Shown here piece by piece: positions 9,825-17,670 of a stretch of DNA of 64,000 nt; the stretch's first letter is position 1, and each line of letters begins with the position of its first letter. The DNA is taken from positions 12,047 to 76,046 of the forward strand of contig CAZUPO010000002.1 of NCBI GenBank assembly GCA_964621595.1. The letters are read 5' to 3'. Origin of the DNA: an uncultured Candidatus Saccharibacteria bacterium (lineage in GTDB: Bacteria; Patescibacteriota; Minisyncoccia; Phycocordibacterales; UBA5272). The position numbers were made by a program, and so were the translations under genes. The notes under the pieces are model-generated. The model saw nothing but the letters and a program-made list of their open reading frames with translations. It did not search any database and was not told the origin of the DNA.

Positions 9825-10038
9825 GTCTAGAGTATACCTACTTTTACTAATTTTGTAAAGTTTTTATGACATATTATACAACTACTATGTCCTTTAAATA
9901 TAATGATATTTAGCATAATTTACTAAATTACAACTTTATTTTTTACTGTCAATATATTTTCTGGCATACTGCTTTCAGACAAGAAAAGTTCCTTGAATCT
10001 AATGGGTCGCGACCTTATAGCGAGAAAGGAGGTGACTT

Positions 10039-10167
10039 ATGATGAGCGCCGAGGTTGTGGGCTTCTCGGGTGCCAGTTGCGACAAGCAGCGACCGACACG
10101 TACCGAGAAGGTCTCCGCCCTCAAGGCGCCGTCGAAGGGTGCAACATCCCCTTCCAAAGGCACCTAA
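10039..10167 (+). CDS. 42-aa peptide MMSAEVVGFSGASCDKQRPTRTEKVSALKAPSKGATSPSKGT, candidate RiPP precursor (below the ORF-track cutoff)
   Basis: AAAGGAGGTGA Shine-Dalgarno immediately upstream of ATG; repeated PSKG; upstream of a radical SAM gene. Confidence 0.7.
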   Translation: MMSAEVVGFSGASCDKQRPTRTEKVSALKAPSKGATSPSKGT

Positions 10168-10335
10168 GGGTGAAGCCTTCCCTGCAAAGGCAGGCAGAGT
10201 TGGGGGGAAACTCTGTTAATAAAACCCCCAAGCAGTCAATCAACAACTTAGTGACATTACGGTTGTTGATTTAGCCCGGTGAGCGTACTTCACCGGTTTT
10301 CTATCGGGGATGTAATTGAATATTGCATCTCAGTA
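10157..10335 (+). promoter_or_regulatory. Highly structured intercistronic RNA (several hairpins, possible H-type pseudoknot, terminator-like hairpin)
   Basis: gcagagtt/aactctgt stem with G6 loop complementary to downstream ccccca; aatcaacaac/gttgttgatt; ccggtga/tcaccgg+tttt; ggatgtaat/attgcatct. Confidence 0.6.
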
Positions 10336-10373
10336 GAGAACCTTGAAATCAAAACTACATAGGGAGAAATTCC

Positions 10374-11288
10374 ATGATCGCCATGACTGCTGTGCTACCT
10401 GCGGTTGGTGGTTGCAATCTCAAGTGCGCGGGATGTTTTATTAATCAGCGCAAAGAGACCAATACCATCGACATGCGTACTGAGGACTACTTGAGATTTT
10501 TCAAGGAAACCCTCGCGATGCCGGAAGTCAACTCGTTTTCCATCCAGGGGCACGAGGCGCTTCTTCCCAGTGTGTACGAACTCACCAAGGAGTTGCTACA
10601 CATGAGCTGGGATGCCGGGCTGGTGACGTTGCTCGTCACCAATGGCGTGTACCTCAAAGAGGTCGCGCATGAGATTGTGCAAATCACTGACAGCATCATC
10701 GTGTCGGTAGATAGCCACAATCCGGCCCTGCATGACCTCTCGAGAGGAGAGCAGGGTGCCTGGCAAAAAACCATTGGCGGCATACAAGCCGTTCGTGATT
10801 GCTTTGAGGACGGAGTGGTTGGCGATGAGGTGTTCTCAAAATACATCTCTGTTGCATCCATTCTTTACCCGGGCAAGGTTGATCGCCTCCTTGGAATGCC
10901 GGAGCTTCTCAAGAAGCTTGGTGTTACCAACTGGGTGATAAGCCCGCTTATTTCCTTGAAAAGGGGAGGATACCACGACTCTGATTACATCCGCGTGAGG
11001 GAAAACCTCCTTCAACTTACCGAAATGGGTAAGACGCACGGTGTCAGGGTTGCTCTTTCCGACGAGTTTCGGAAACTAGAGCATGTGGAAGACCTTTTCA
11101 AGGCCTTGAGCGTCGATACGCTGGACAAAAATGCGACAATCGTAAGGTTGTCTCCTGATGCTTCAGTACGCGTCGGAAGAGAGATTCTTCAAGAAGAATC
11201 TTTTCGCAAATGGGACAGGAGAGAAGATCCTGTTGAGTTCCTCAAGGGGGCTCTTGCCGAATACAAGATTCGGTACTCCAATGTCTAG
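10374..11288 (+). CDS. Radical SAM enzyme (no evident SPASM/twitch domain)
   Basis: CNLKCAGC (CxxxCxxC), QGHEALL, VTNG, VSVDS...HDLSRG; GGGAG RBS. Confidence 0.9.
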   Translation: MIAMTAVLPAVGGCNLKCAGCFINQRKETNTIDMRTEDYLRFFKETLAMPEVNSFSIQGHEALLPSVYELTKELLHMSWDAGLVTLLVTNGVYLKEVAHEIVQITDSIIVSVDSHNPALHDLSRGEQGAWQKTIGGIQAVRDCFEDGVVGDEVFSKYISVASILYPGKVDRLLGMPELLKKLGVTNWVISPLISLKRGGYHDSDYIRVRENLLQLTEMGKTHGVRVALSDEFRKLEHVEDLFKALSVDTLDKNATIVRLSPDASVRVGREILQEESFRKWDRREDPVEFLKGALAEYKIRYSNV

Positions 11289-11576
11289 AATGGGCATCGA
11301 CCGCAGACCTTGGTCTGACTGCGGTATATAAATTAACAAGGACATCTGGTGGCGGTGAAATAAACGACACACAGGTACGTGAAGAGGTATAAAAGACTAA
11401 AGCCCTTCACAAAGCTCCATTGGTAGACGCGCTTAGACTACCCGCTGTGAACCGAGCGTGATCGTGGTTATGGGGAATTGAGTGTCTACACCTCTTCCCC
11501 ATCTTTATAAAGTTTCTAAAGTAATTTAGGAATTTTTAGAGATATGTTCTTTAAAACCAACCTAAGGGAGATACAC

Positions 11577-11954
11577 ATGAGCACCATGATCAATGTCCTC
11601 GTTGTTGACGATGAAGCATACATGATGGAAGTGGTGGCCTGGATGGCCAAAAAGTCTGGGGTCAATATGAGCCGGGCTAGCACCAGGGTGGAGATGGAAA
11701 AATTCCTGGGAGAATCGTCCTTCGACGCCATCCTCATGGATGGCAACCTCTCCGGATGGGGTACGACGCATGAACCCAATTTCCCCGGAGCATGGGTGGT
11801 GCATGAGCTTCGTGGTCGTGGTATCACAACGAAGATCTTCATGTTTTCGTCCGATGAGGAGCGTCTTGCGGAAGGAATCGCGCTGGGTGCAAATGGGGTC
11901 TTCAGCAAAAGGAAGAGTGACTGGAAGGAACTCGTCCAACTCGTGAAGAGTTAG
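11577..11954 (+). CDS. Stand-alone response-regulator receiver domain protein (CheY-like)
   Basis: VLVVDDE, AILMD phospho-acceptor, MFSS, GANGVFSK; GGGAG RBS before ATG 11577. Confidence 0.85.
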   Translation: MSTMINVLVVDDEAYMMEVVAWMAKKSGVNMSRASTRVEMEKFLGESSFDAILMDGNLSGWGTTHEPNFPGAWVVHELRGRGITTKIFMFSSDEERLAEGIALGANGVFSKRKSDWKELVQLVKS

Positions 11955-11959
11955 GCACG

Positions 11960-11989
11960 AAGGGGCAACGAAAGTTGCTCCTTTTTTAT
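11960..11989 (+). terminator. Intrinsic terminator
   Basis: aaggggcaac-gaaa-gttgctcctt followed by T run. Confidence 0.75.
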
Positions 11990-12757
11990 TTATACTGTCA
12001 CCTCAAGTGACACGGGGCAATGATCACTACCGTACACATCGTTCAGAATTTCTGCTTTCATAACTTTTTGTTTACTCTTCTTATTCACAAAAAAGTAATC
12101 TATTCTCCATCCGATATTTCTCTCACGTGCGCGAGTCTTTTGATCCCACCAAGAATATTTCACCACCTCGGTGTGCAACTCTCTAAAAATATCAACGAAG
12201 CCCTCCTGAATCACACGATCAATCCATGACCTCTCTACTGGTAGAAAGCCAATACTGTTTTCGTTTTCTTTTGGTCGCGCAATATCAATTTCCTGGTGAG
12301 CAACGTTTAGGTCTCCACAGAAAATAACCGTCTCGTATTTTTTCTGAAGGGCGCTGACATGCTTAAGAAATTTATCGTAGTATCGTAGTTTAAATTGGAA
12401 ATGCTCTTCGTCTCGACCCCCGTTTGGCATGTAACACGTTACAAATGCAAATGTTTTGAAATGCACGGTAATCGCACGGCCCTCAATATCAAATGAATTG
12501 TCTCCAAGACCATACTGCACTTTTTCTGGTTTTATTTTTGTATATACCGCCGTCCCTGAATAACCCTTTCGTTCCTTGGCACTATCAAAGTATGAGTAGT
12601 ACCCTGGTGGATTTTTTATTTCCTCCGAAAGTTGATCTGGTGTTGATTTTGTTTCTTGAATACCTATGATGTCGGCGCCCATAGAAAATAACTCCTGGAG
12701 TCCTCCCTTTTTATGCATTGCCCGTATTCCATTTACATTCCAAGAAATACATTTCAT
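11990..12757 (-). CDS. xth: Exodeoxyribonuclease III / AP endonuclease
   Basis: SWNVNGIRA, QETK, GYSG, GDLNVAH, GWRIDY, GSDHCP; start placed at MKCISW. Confidence 0.95.
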   Translation of the reverse strand: MKCISWNVNGIRAMHKKGGLQELFSMGADIIGIQETKSTPDQLSEEIKNPPGYYSYFDSAKERKGYSGTAVYTKIKPEKVQYGLGDNSFDIEGRAITVHFKTFAFVTCYMPNGGRDEEHFQFKLRYYDKFLKHVSALQKKYETVIFCGDLNVAHQEIDIARPKENENSIGFLPVERSWIDRVIQEGFVDIFRELHTEVVKYSWWDQKTRARERNIGWRIDYFFVNKKSKQKVMKAEILNDVYGSDHCPVSLEVTV

Positions 12758-12819
12758 GTGCTGTTGAATGATATTTAAAGAATACTCTTTTTGATTCAAA
12801 AAACAAAACCGTACTGTCT

Positions 12820-13512
12820 CTACACACCAAAACGTCGATTTCGTTTTGCATATTCCGCAAGGGCTTCGCGAAAACACTCCTTCGTAAAATCCGGGAAATT
12901 CCTTTCATCAAAGATCCATTCTGCGTAGGCACCCTGCAGGGGCATGAATCCCGATGTTCTTTTTTCTCCACTTGTTCGAATGATAAGATCTGGGTCTGGG
13001 ATATTGAGGCGTCGTGTGTCCAGGTATGAAAATATTTCTGAGTCGCCACGAGCAAGCATTTCTTGTGTTGCTCTTTCTACCTCATCATGGCCACCATAGT
13101 CTACGGCCATACATATACAAAAATCAGAAAAATCTTTTGTATCTTCTTCGATTGCTTCTATTGCTTTTTGAATACGAGGAGAGAGGCGATCTTTTCTTCC
13201 GAGATGCACTACTTTTGTTTTTTCTTGTAGTGCTTCCTTATGTAATTCTTCTAGGCCGTGCGCAATAAGTAGTGAGAGTTGGTTTACTTCATCCTTTGAT
13301 CTTGACCAGTTTTCTGTAGAGAACGCCCATAGGGTTAAGTACAAGACTCCTTCATCTCTTGCACTTCGTATAAGTTCTTTTATACGAGCATATCCTTCCA
13401 TGTGCCCCGCGGCAGCCGGAAGACCGCGTTCTTTTGCCCAGCGACGGTTACCGTCGGGGATAATCGCAACGTGTTGCGGAACGTGTTGCGGGGGAGTGGC
13501 GTCAGAATCCAT
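12820..13512 (-). CDS. uppS: Undecaprenyl-diphosphate synthase
   Basis: HVAIIPDGNRRWA, FSTENWSR, PDLIIRTSGEKRTSGF, RRFG. Confidence 0.95.
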   Translation of the reverse strand: MDSDATPPQHVPQHVAIIPDGNRRWAKERGLPAAAGHMEGYARIKELIRSARDEGVLYLTLWAFSTENWSRSKDEVNQLSLLIAHGLEELHKEALQEKTKVVHLGRKDRLSPRIQKAIEAIEEDTKDFSDFCICMAVDYGGHDEVERATQEMLARGDSEIFSYLDTRRLNIPDPDLIIRTSGEKRTSGFMPLQGAYAEWIFDERNFPDFTKECFREALAEYAKRNRRFGV

Positions 13513-13590
13513 AAAGTTTATAAACTATATCATATATTATTATAAAAAAAGAAACTGAGAGGGGTCCTCTCGGTCGTGCAACCGGTGCAC

Positions 13591-13836
13591 TCATTCACCC
13601 GCACCGGGGCGCCCGCACCTGCGATGAAAGCAGGGCTCTTCCTCCGGAGTCCCACACTCTTTCACGGTGCAGGACTTGCTTGGAGGAAAGAACGTGTCGC
13701 TGAGCGGGGGTTTCCAGCCATCGTTGAACGGAAGCGTCACCAGCCCCGCAGCGACCATCTGGCGCCCGGCAGAGCTGGCGACCGGATGACTCACGCTTGC
13801 CTCGTCAGCGGTCGGTGTATTGGCGTCTCGAGCCAT
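13591..13836 (-). CDS. Small GC-rich hypothetical protein (81 aa) with a C-terminal four-Cys cluster
   Basis: AAAGGAGGA RBS upstream of ATG 13836; CTVKEC...PCFHRRC; terminator-like hairpin at 13544-13575. Confidence 0.55.
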   Translation of the reverse strand: MARDANTPTADEASVSHPVASSAGRQMVAAGLVTLPFNDGWKPPLSDTFFPPSKSCTVKECGTPEEEPCFHRRCGRPGAGE

Positions 13837-13890
13837 ACCATCCTCCTTTTCGGTTAAAGTGCTTTCAGTGTACAATAATTTTATAAAAAG

Positions 13891-14847
13891 TCAACCATGA
13901 TCCTTCTTTCTTTTGGTGTGGAACTTCTCAAACTGATCCCTCAGGAATTTGTTGGTAACGTTGGTATAGATCTGTGTCGTTGCAATCGACGCATGACCAA
14001 GCATCATTTGTACCGTACGTAAATCCGCTCCATTATAAAGAAGATCAGTTGCGAATGAGTGACGTATGACGTGTGGTGTGCACTTCTTGGCAATGCCTGC
14101 ACGCTCGGCATACTTGTTCACTGTGCGCTCTACACTGCGCGGGGTAAGGCGAATAGATTCTTCTTTTTCGATACGTGCCGCGGCCCGAGGCGAGTGATCA
14201 ACAAACATTGCTTCATCTATATCTACCCTCTCTCGAAGATATGCTTTCACTGCATCATGAGCATGAGAAGACACAAAAACCACGCGAATTTTTCCACCCT
14301 TTCCACGTACGGAAATTTCTCCATTTCCAAGATCAATATCTCTATCGAGTGAACAGAGTTCGGACACGCGAAGCCCAGTTGAAAAGAGAAGTTCAAGCAT
14401 GGCGCGGTCACGCAAACCAGCGAGGGTCTTTGCATCCGGCGCCGAAAGAAGAAGAGAGAGTTCTTTTTCACTAATTAAATCAAGTTCTCTCCCGACTGTC
14501 TTTGCTAGTTCAATTCGCTCTGGATCATACCCCTTGATACCTTTGCGGCGCACATATTTGAGAAATGCTCGAAGAGCTATGAGGTGATAGTTCTGTGTTT
14601 TTTTATCGAGCGTTTCTTGTGCTTGCCCTTTTTTCTGTTTGCGTGCTGGGTGACGATTTAAATAAATTCGATACTCTCGCATGAGTGCTTCTGTAATTTC
14701 AGAAGGGGAGGAAACTTTGTGAACCTTTTCAGCGAATTCTAAAAAGCGAGAAATGTAGTGATCGTAGTTGCGCACAGTGAGTGCTGATCGACCTTTTTCG
14801 ATTTCGATGTATTGTAAAAAATCTTGTTTGAGAGAAAACAAATCCAT
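13891..14847 (-). CDS. Tyrosine recombinase, XerC/XerD type
   Basis: N-terminal SAM-like domain; RD...TGLRVSEL, GKGGK, HVIRHSFAT, LGHASIATTQIY. Confidence 0.92.
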   Translation of the reverse strand: MDLFSLKQDFLQYIEIEKGRSALTVRNYDHYISRFLEFAEKVHKVSSPSEITEALMREYRIYLNRHPARKQKKGQAQETLDKKTQNYHLIALRAFLKYVRRKGIKGYDPERIELAKTVGRELDLISEKELSLLLSAPDAKTLAGLRDRAMLELLFSTGLRVSELCSLDRDIDLGNGEISVRGKGGKIRVVFVSSHAHDAVKAYLRERVDIDEAMFVDHSPRAAARIEKEESIRLTPRSVERTVNKYAERAGIAKKCTPHVIRHSFATDLLYNGADLRTVQMMLGHASIATTQIYTNVTNKFLRDQFEKFHTKRKKDHG

Positions 14848-14974
14848 TCTCACAAGTATACTCCAGTGTCGCACAATATTACCCAGACTTGTTCACCTGG
14901 TCACCAAAATAAAAAGAACGCCCTCCTCGCGGGGGCGCGAAAGAGGGCGGGTTGGGGGTCGGTCGGAAGGATGA

Positions 14975-15595
14975 CTACCGGCTGGAGAAGGGGAAGGCGA
15001 TGACCTTGATCGCCAACTCCTCGGCAATCGTCTCGCCGTCGCGATTTGCCACAGACGTCATCCACCGTTCGACATGCAGGAGGTTGTTCTCTCGGTGCAC
15101 CGAGACCGTCGTCTCGACATTACCGTTTAGACGCATCGCGATGGTCTCGAATCCGATGAGACCCTTCATGATGTTACCGTCGTCGTCGATGAGGACGATG
15201 CGGCACGTCTTCAGGTACCGCGGCAACATGCGCACGACCACGTCACCGGTGGTGCAACTGCCGGGGTTCTTGAGGGCGGTGATCGGTCGAGGCAACCTGC
15301 GCTCCTCGATCAGATCGCTACCTCGATAGACCGTAATCGAACGCGATCCGCCTCGCATGAGGTGCGTGCTGCGCTCTTCCTTGCCGGTCTCGAGCGACCG
15401 CTCCGAGATGATGAACCCCTCGGATGCGGCGGTCACGACCGCCATGGTGTCGTAGGACACCGGCAGGCGAACCACCTGGCCAGAGGTGCGCTCGACGCGA
15501 TAACCTGTGACCTGGTAGAGGTACTTCCCTTCGTCACCCTGGGCAAACGCGCCGAAGGAAACGAAGGAAAGGACAAACAAGATGAGGGTGTGCAT
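14975..15595 (-). CDS. GC-rich exported hypothetical protein
   Basis: AAGGAGG RBS; signal peptide ending AFA; beta-rich body; terminator hairpin about 14905-14950. Confidence 0.7.
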   Translation of the reverse strand: MHTLILFVLSFVSFGAFAQGDEGKYLYQVTGYRVERTSGQVVRLPVSYDTMAVVTAASEGFIISERSLETGKEERSTHLMRGGSRSITVYRGSDLIEERRLPRPITALKNPGSCTTGDVVVRMLPRYLKTCRIVLIDDDGNIMKGLIGFETIAMRLNGNVETTVSVHRENNLLHVERWMTSVANRDGETIAEELAIKVIAFPFSSR

Positions 15596-15795
15596 GCGGC
15601 CTCCTTGAGGCTTAGCGGGTTTAGGGATTGGGGGAACTGAAGGATTTTTATACTACAATGTTTTTTGTAATGAGTCAAATTTCGCAATTGCCTATATTTC
15701 TTAAATCCCAGAAAATGCTTGTTTTTCTTTATGTTCCTGGGGGTTGCATTTTTAAAAAAAGTGTGCTACTATATAGGGATAGACATTTAAATACT

Positions 15796-16059
15796 ATGCT
15801 AACAGCGCGAAAAAAGACTAAGGCTATTAAAGACGCACAAATTCATGTGAAGGACACAGGGTCTCCTGAGGTTCAAATTTCACTTTTGAGTAAGAAAATT
15901 ACAGAACTTACAAACCATCTTAAGGTTCATAAGAAGGATAACCACTCACGTCGTGGACTTATCCATATGGTTGCTTCACGTAGAACACACCTCAAGTACC
16001 TAGAAACAACAAACAAGAAGCGTTATTCTACTATCGTGAGTAAACTCGGTCTTAAGTAA
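15796..16059 (+). CDS. rpsO: 30S ribosomal protein S15
   Basis: [24 protein letters not shown]. Confidence 0.97.
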   Translation: MLTARKKTKAIKDAQIHVKDTGSPEVQISLLSKKITELTNHLKVHKKDNHSRRGLIHMVASRRTHLKYLETTNKKRYSTIVSKLGLK

Positions 16060-16177
16060 GATCTTCACTATCCTTTTTCTTCTATCGCGCCCCGTGGTAT
16101 ACAGTGTCTTGGGATCTATTTTTTAATACGTAATCAGTTTTTGGAACATATAACCAAAAACATATCTATATACAATT

Positions 16178-16804
16178 ATGTCAGTTATAAAACACGGCGA
16201 CCAGCGTGTCGCAGTATTTATCGATACACAAAACCTGTATCACAGTGCAAAAAATCTCTACAATTGCAAAGTAAACTTTGGTGCCATTATGGAGACGGCC
16301 GTAGGGAAACGAAAACTAATCCGCTCCATCGCGTATGTTATTACCACAGAAGCTGGAGATGAGACAAACTTCTTCGAGGCTCTCACAAAAATTGGAATTG
16401 AGACCAAAACGAAAGACCTGCAAGTTTTCTACGGTGGAGCAAAGAAGGCCGATTGGGATGTTGGGTTGGCGGTTGATGCAATTCGACTCGCCCCAAAGGT
16501 TGATACCATTGTCCTTGCAACGGGGGATGGGGACTTTGTTCCTCTTGTGAATTTCCTTAAGGAGCACTTTGGTGTACAAGTTGAGGTCGTTTCTTTTGGA
16601 AGATCATCGGCGACAAAACTTCGTGAGGCGTGTGAGGATTTTGTCGATATGTGTGAGCAGCCAGAAAAATATCTTATTGGATATCGCATCCGACGCACAC
16701 CACGAAAATATAAACCCACTGATCGCCGTAAGGTTGCTGAAAAAACCGATGCCACTGTCCAAAGTTTTTCAGATGAAGATCTGGGCATATTTGGTGGTGA
16801 GTAA
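16178..16804 (+). CDS. NYN domain protein (LabA/DUF88 family)
   Basis: VFIDTQN, KADWDVGLAVD, TGDGDFVPL. Confidence 0.92.
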   Translation: MSVIKHGDQRVAVFIDTQNLYHSAKNLYNCKVNFGAIMETAVGKRKLIRSIAYVITTEAGDETNFFEALTKIGIETKTKDLQVFYGGAKKADWDVGLAVDAIRLAPKVDTIVLATGDGDFVPLVNFLKEHFGVQVEVVSFGRSSATKLREACEDFVDMCEQPEKYLIGYRIRRTPRKYKPTDRRKVAEKTDATVQSFSDEDLGIFGGE

Positions 16805-16823
16805 TAATTCGTTTTTATGTTTT

Positions 16824-16865
16824 GAAAAACGAACCTCGTTACGATGGTAACGGGGTTTGTTTTTC
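16824..16865 (+). terminator. Intrinsic terminator
   Basis: aaaacgaacctcgttac / gtaacggggtttgtttt hairpin with G-U pairs. Confidence 0.65.
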
Positions 16866-16911
16866 ACAGGTGAACTAAAAATCATCCGCAAAAATCTGGT
16901 ACACTTCTACT

Positions 16912-17670
16912 ATGGCTGTACCCATTGAAACATTTGAACACAATATTGCGGAAGAGATACGCAACAAGGAGGCATCACTAACGGATATTGCATCCGCTAC
17001 CGATGAAACAAAAAAAGTAGACGCCGCGCAGCAACAAGAAGAAAAGCACACCTCTCATCTTTTTATGATCGCAAGTGTACTTATTCTGTGTGCTGTTATT
17101 GGGATTGTTTCTCTTGGGTACCTTTACGCGGTTGGGAAATTTGATCCATTCAAACCAACAGAGCAGGAACTTGCTGCAGAAAAAGAAAAGCAGTTGCGAC
17201 CAACGACTTCGCTTTCCTCTATATCCCCGACACTTAATACTGCTCTTGGTCGATATGTTGCTCGAGTAGAAAAATCAAACAAAGGCGTCGTACTCTACCT
17301 AAATGCATATCCTCCAGTCTTCACCTATATGCTTAAGAATGAGTCCTCATATGCCGACGAACTCTCGGCAGCAATTGGTGTTGCACGAGAAACAAAGGGT
17401 GTTAAACGGGACACTGTTACCGTTGCTACAAGTAGTACGGTGGTAGATGGAACAACCACACTTGTAACATCTGTCTCAACGTCAACAGAGGTGTACTTTG
17501 CTCCTCCTTTTGCTTTTAATGATATTACTGTAAGTAATCAAAACATGCGCATAGCAACCTCTGGTTCAAGCACCGTTGTCTACGCATTCTTGGGAGACAG
17601 GGCACTTCTTATTTCCACATCAACCCAAGGCATTCTCTCTCTTCGCAGTAGCACACTCAATGCAAAATAA
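16912..17670 (+). CDS. Single-TM hypothetical protein
   Basis: Long ORF, one TM segment, Thr/Ser-rich insert. Confidence 0.7.
   Translation: MAVPIETFEHNIAEEIRNKEASLTDIASATDETKKVDAAQQQEEKHTSHLFMIASVLILCAVIGIVSLGYLYAVGKFDPFKPTEQELAAEKEKQLRPTTSLSSISPTLNTALGRYVARVEKSNKGVVLYLNAYPPVFTYMLKNESSYADELSAAIGVARETKGVKRDTVTVATSSTVVDGTTTLVTSVSTSTEVYFAPPFAFNDITVSNQNMRIATSGSSTVVYAFLGDRALLISTSTQGILSLRSSTLNAK

Noticed and set aside
9993-10274. 93-aa TTG-start ORF overlapping the peptide gene
   Set aside because: No RBS; the strong Shine-Dalgarno points to ATG 10039 in another frame, and the ORF runs through the hairpin array
10374-11288. Radical SAM as a prokaryotic viperin or QueE/MoaA
   Set aside because: Viperin-type CNYxCxFC-FH and GGEP motifs are not matched and there is no C-terminal Cys cluster; family left unassigned
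11345-11455. Cobalamin riboswitch or tRNA-Leu remnant (cggtgaaa, cccgctgtga, ggtagacgcgc)
   Set aside because: Fragments have the wrong spacing; no GGGAA box, cloverleaf or T-arm
13891-14847. Integron integrase or prophage integrase
   Set aside because: No IntI-specific insertion evident, no attC array, no phage genes; looks like housekeeping Xer
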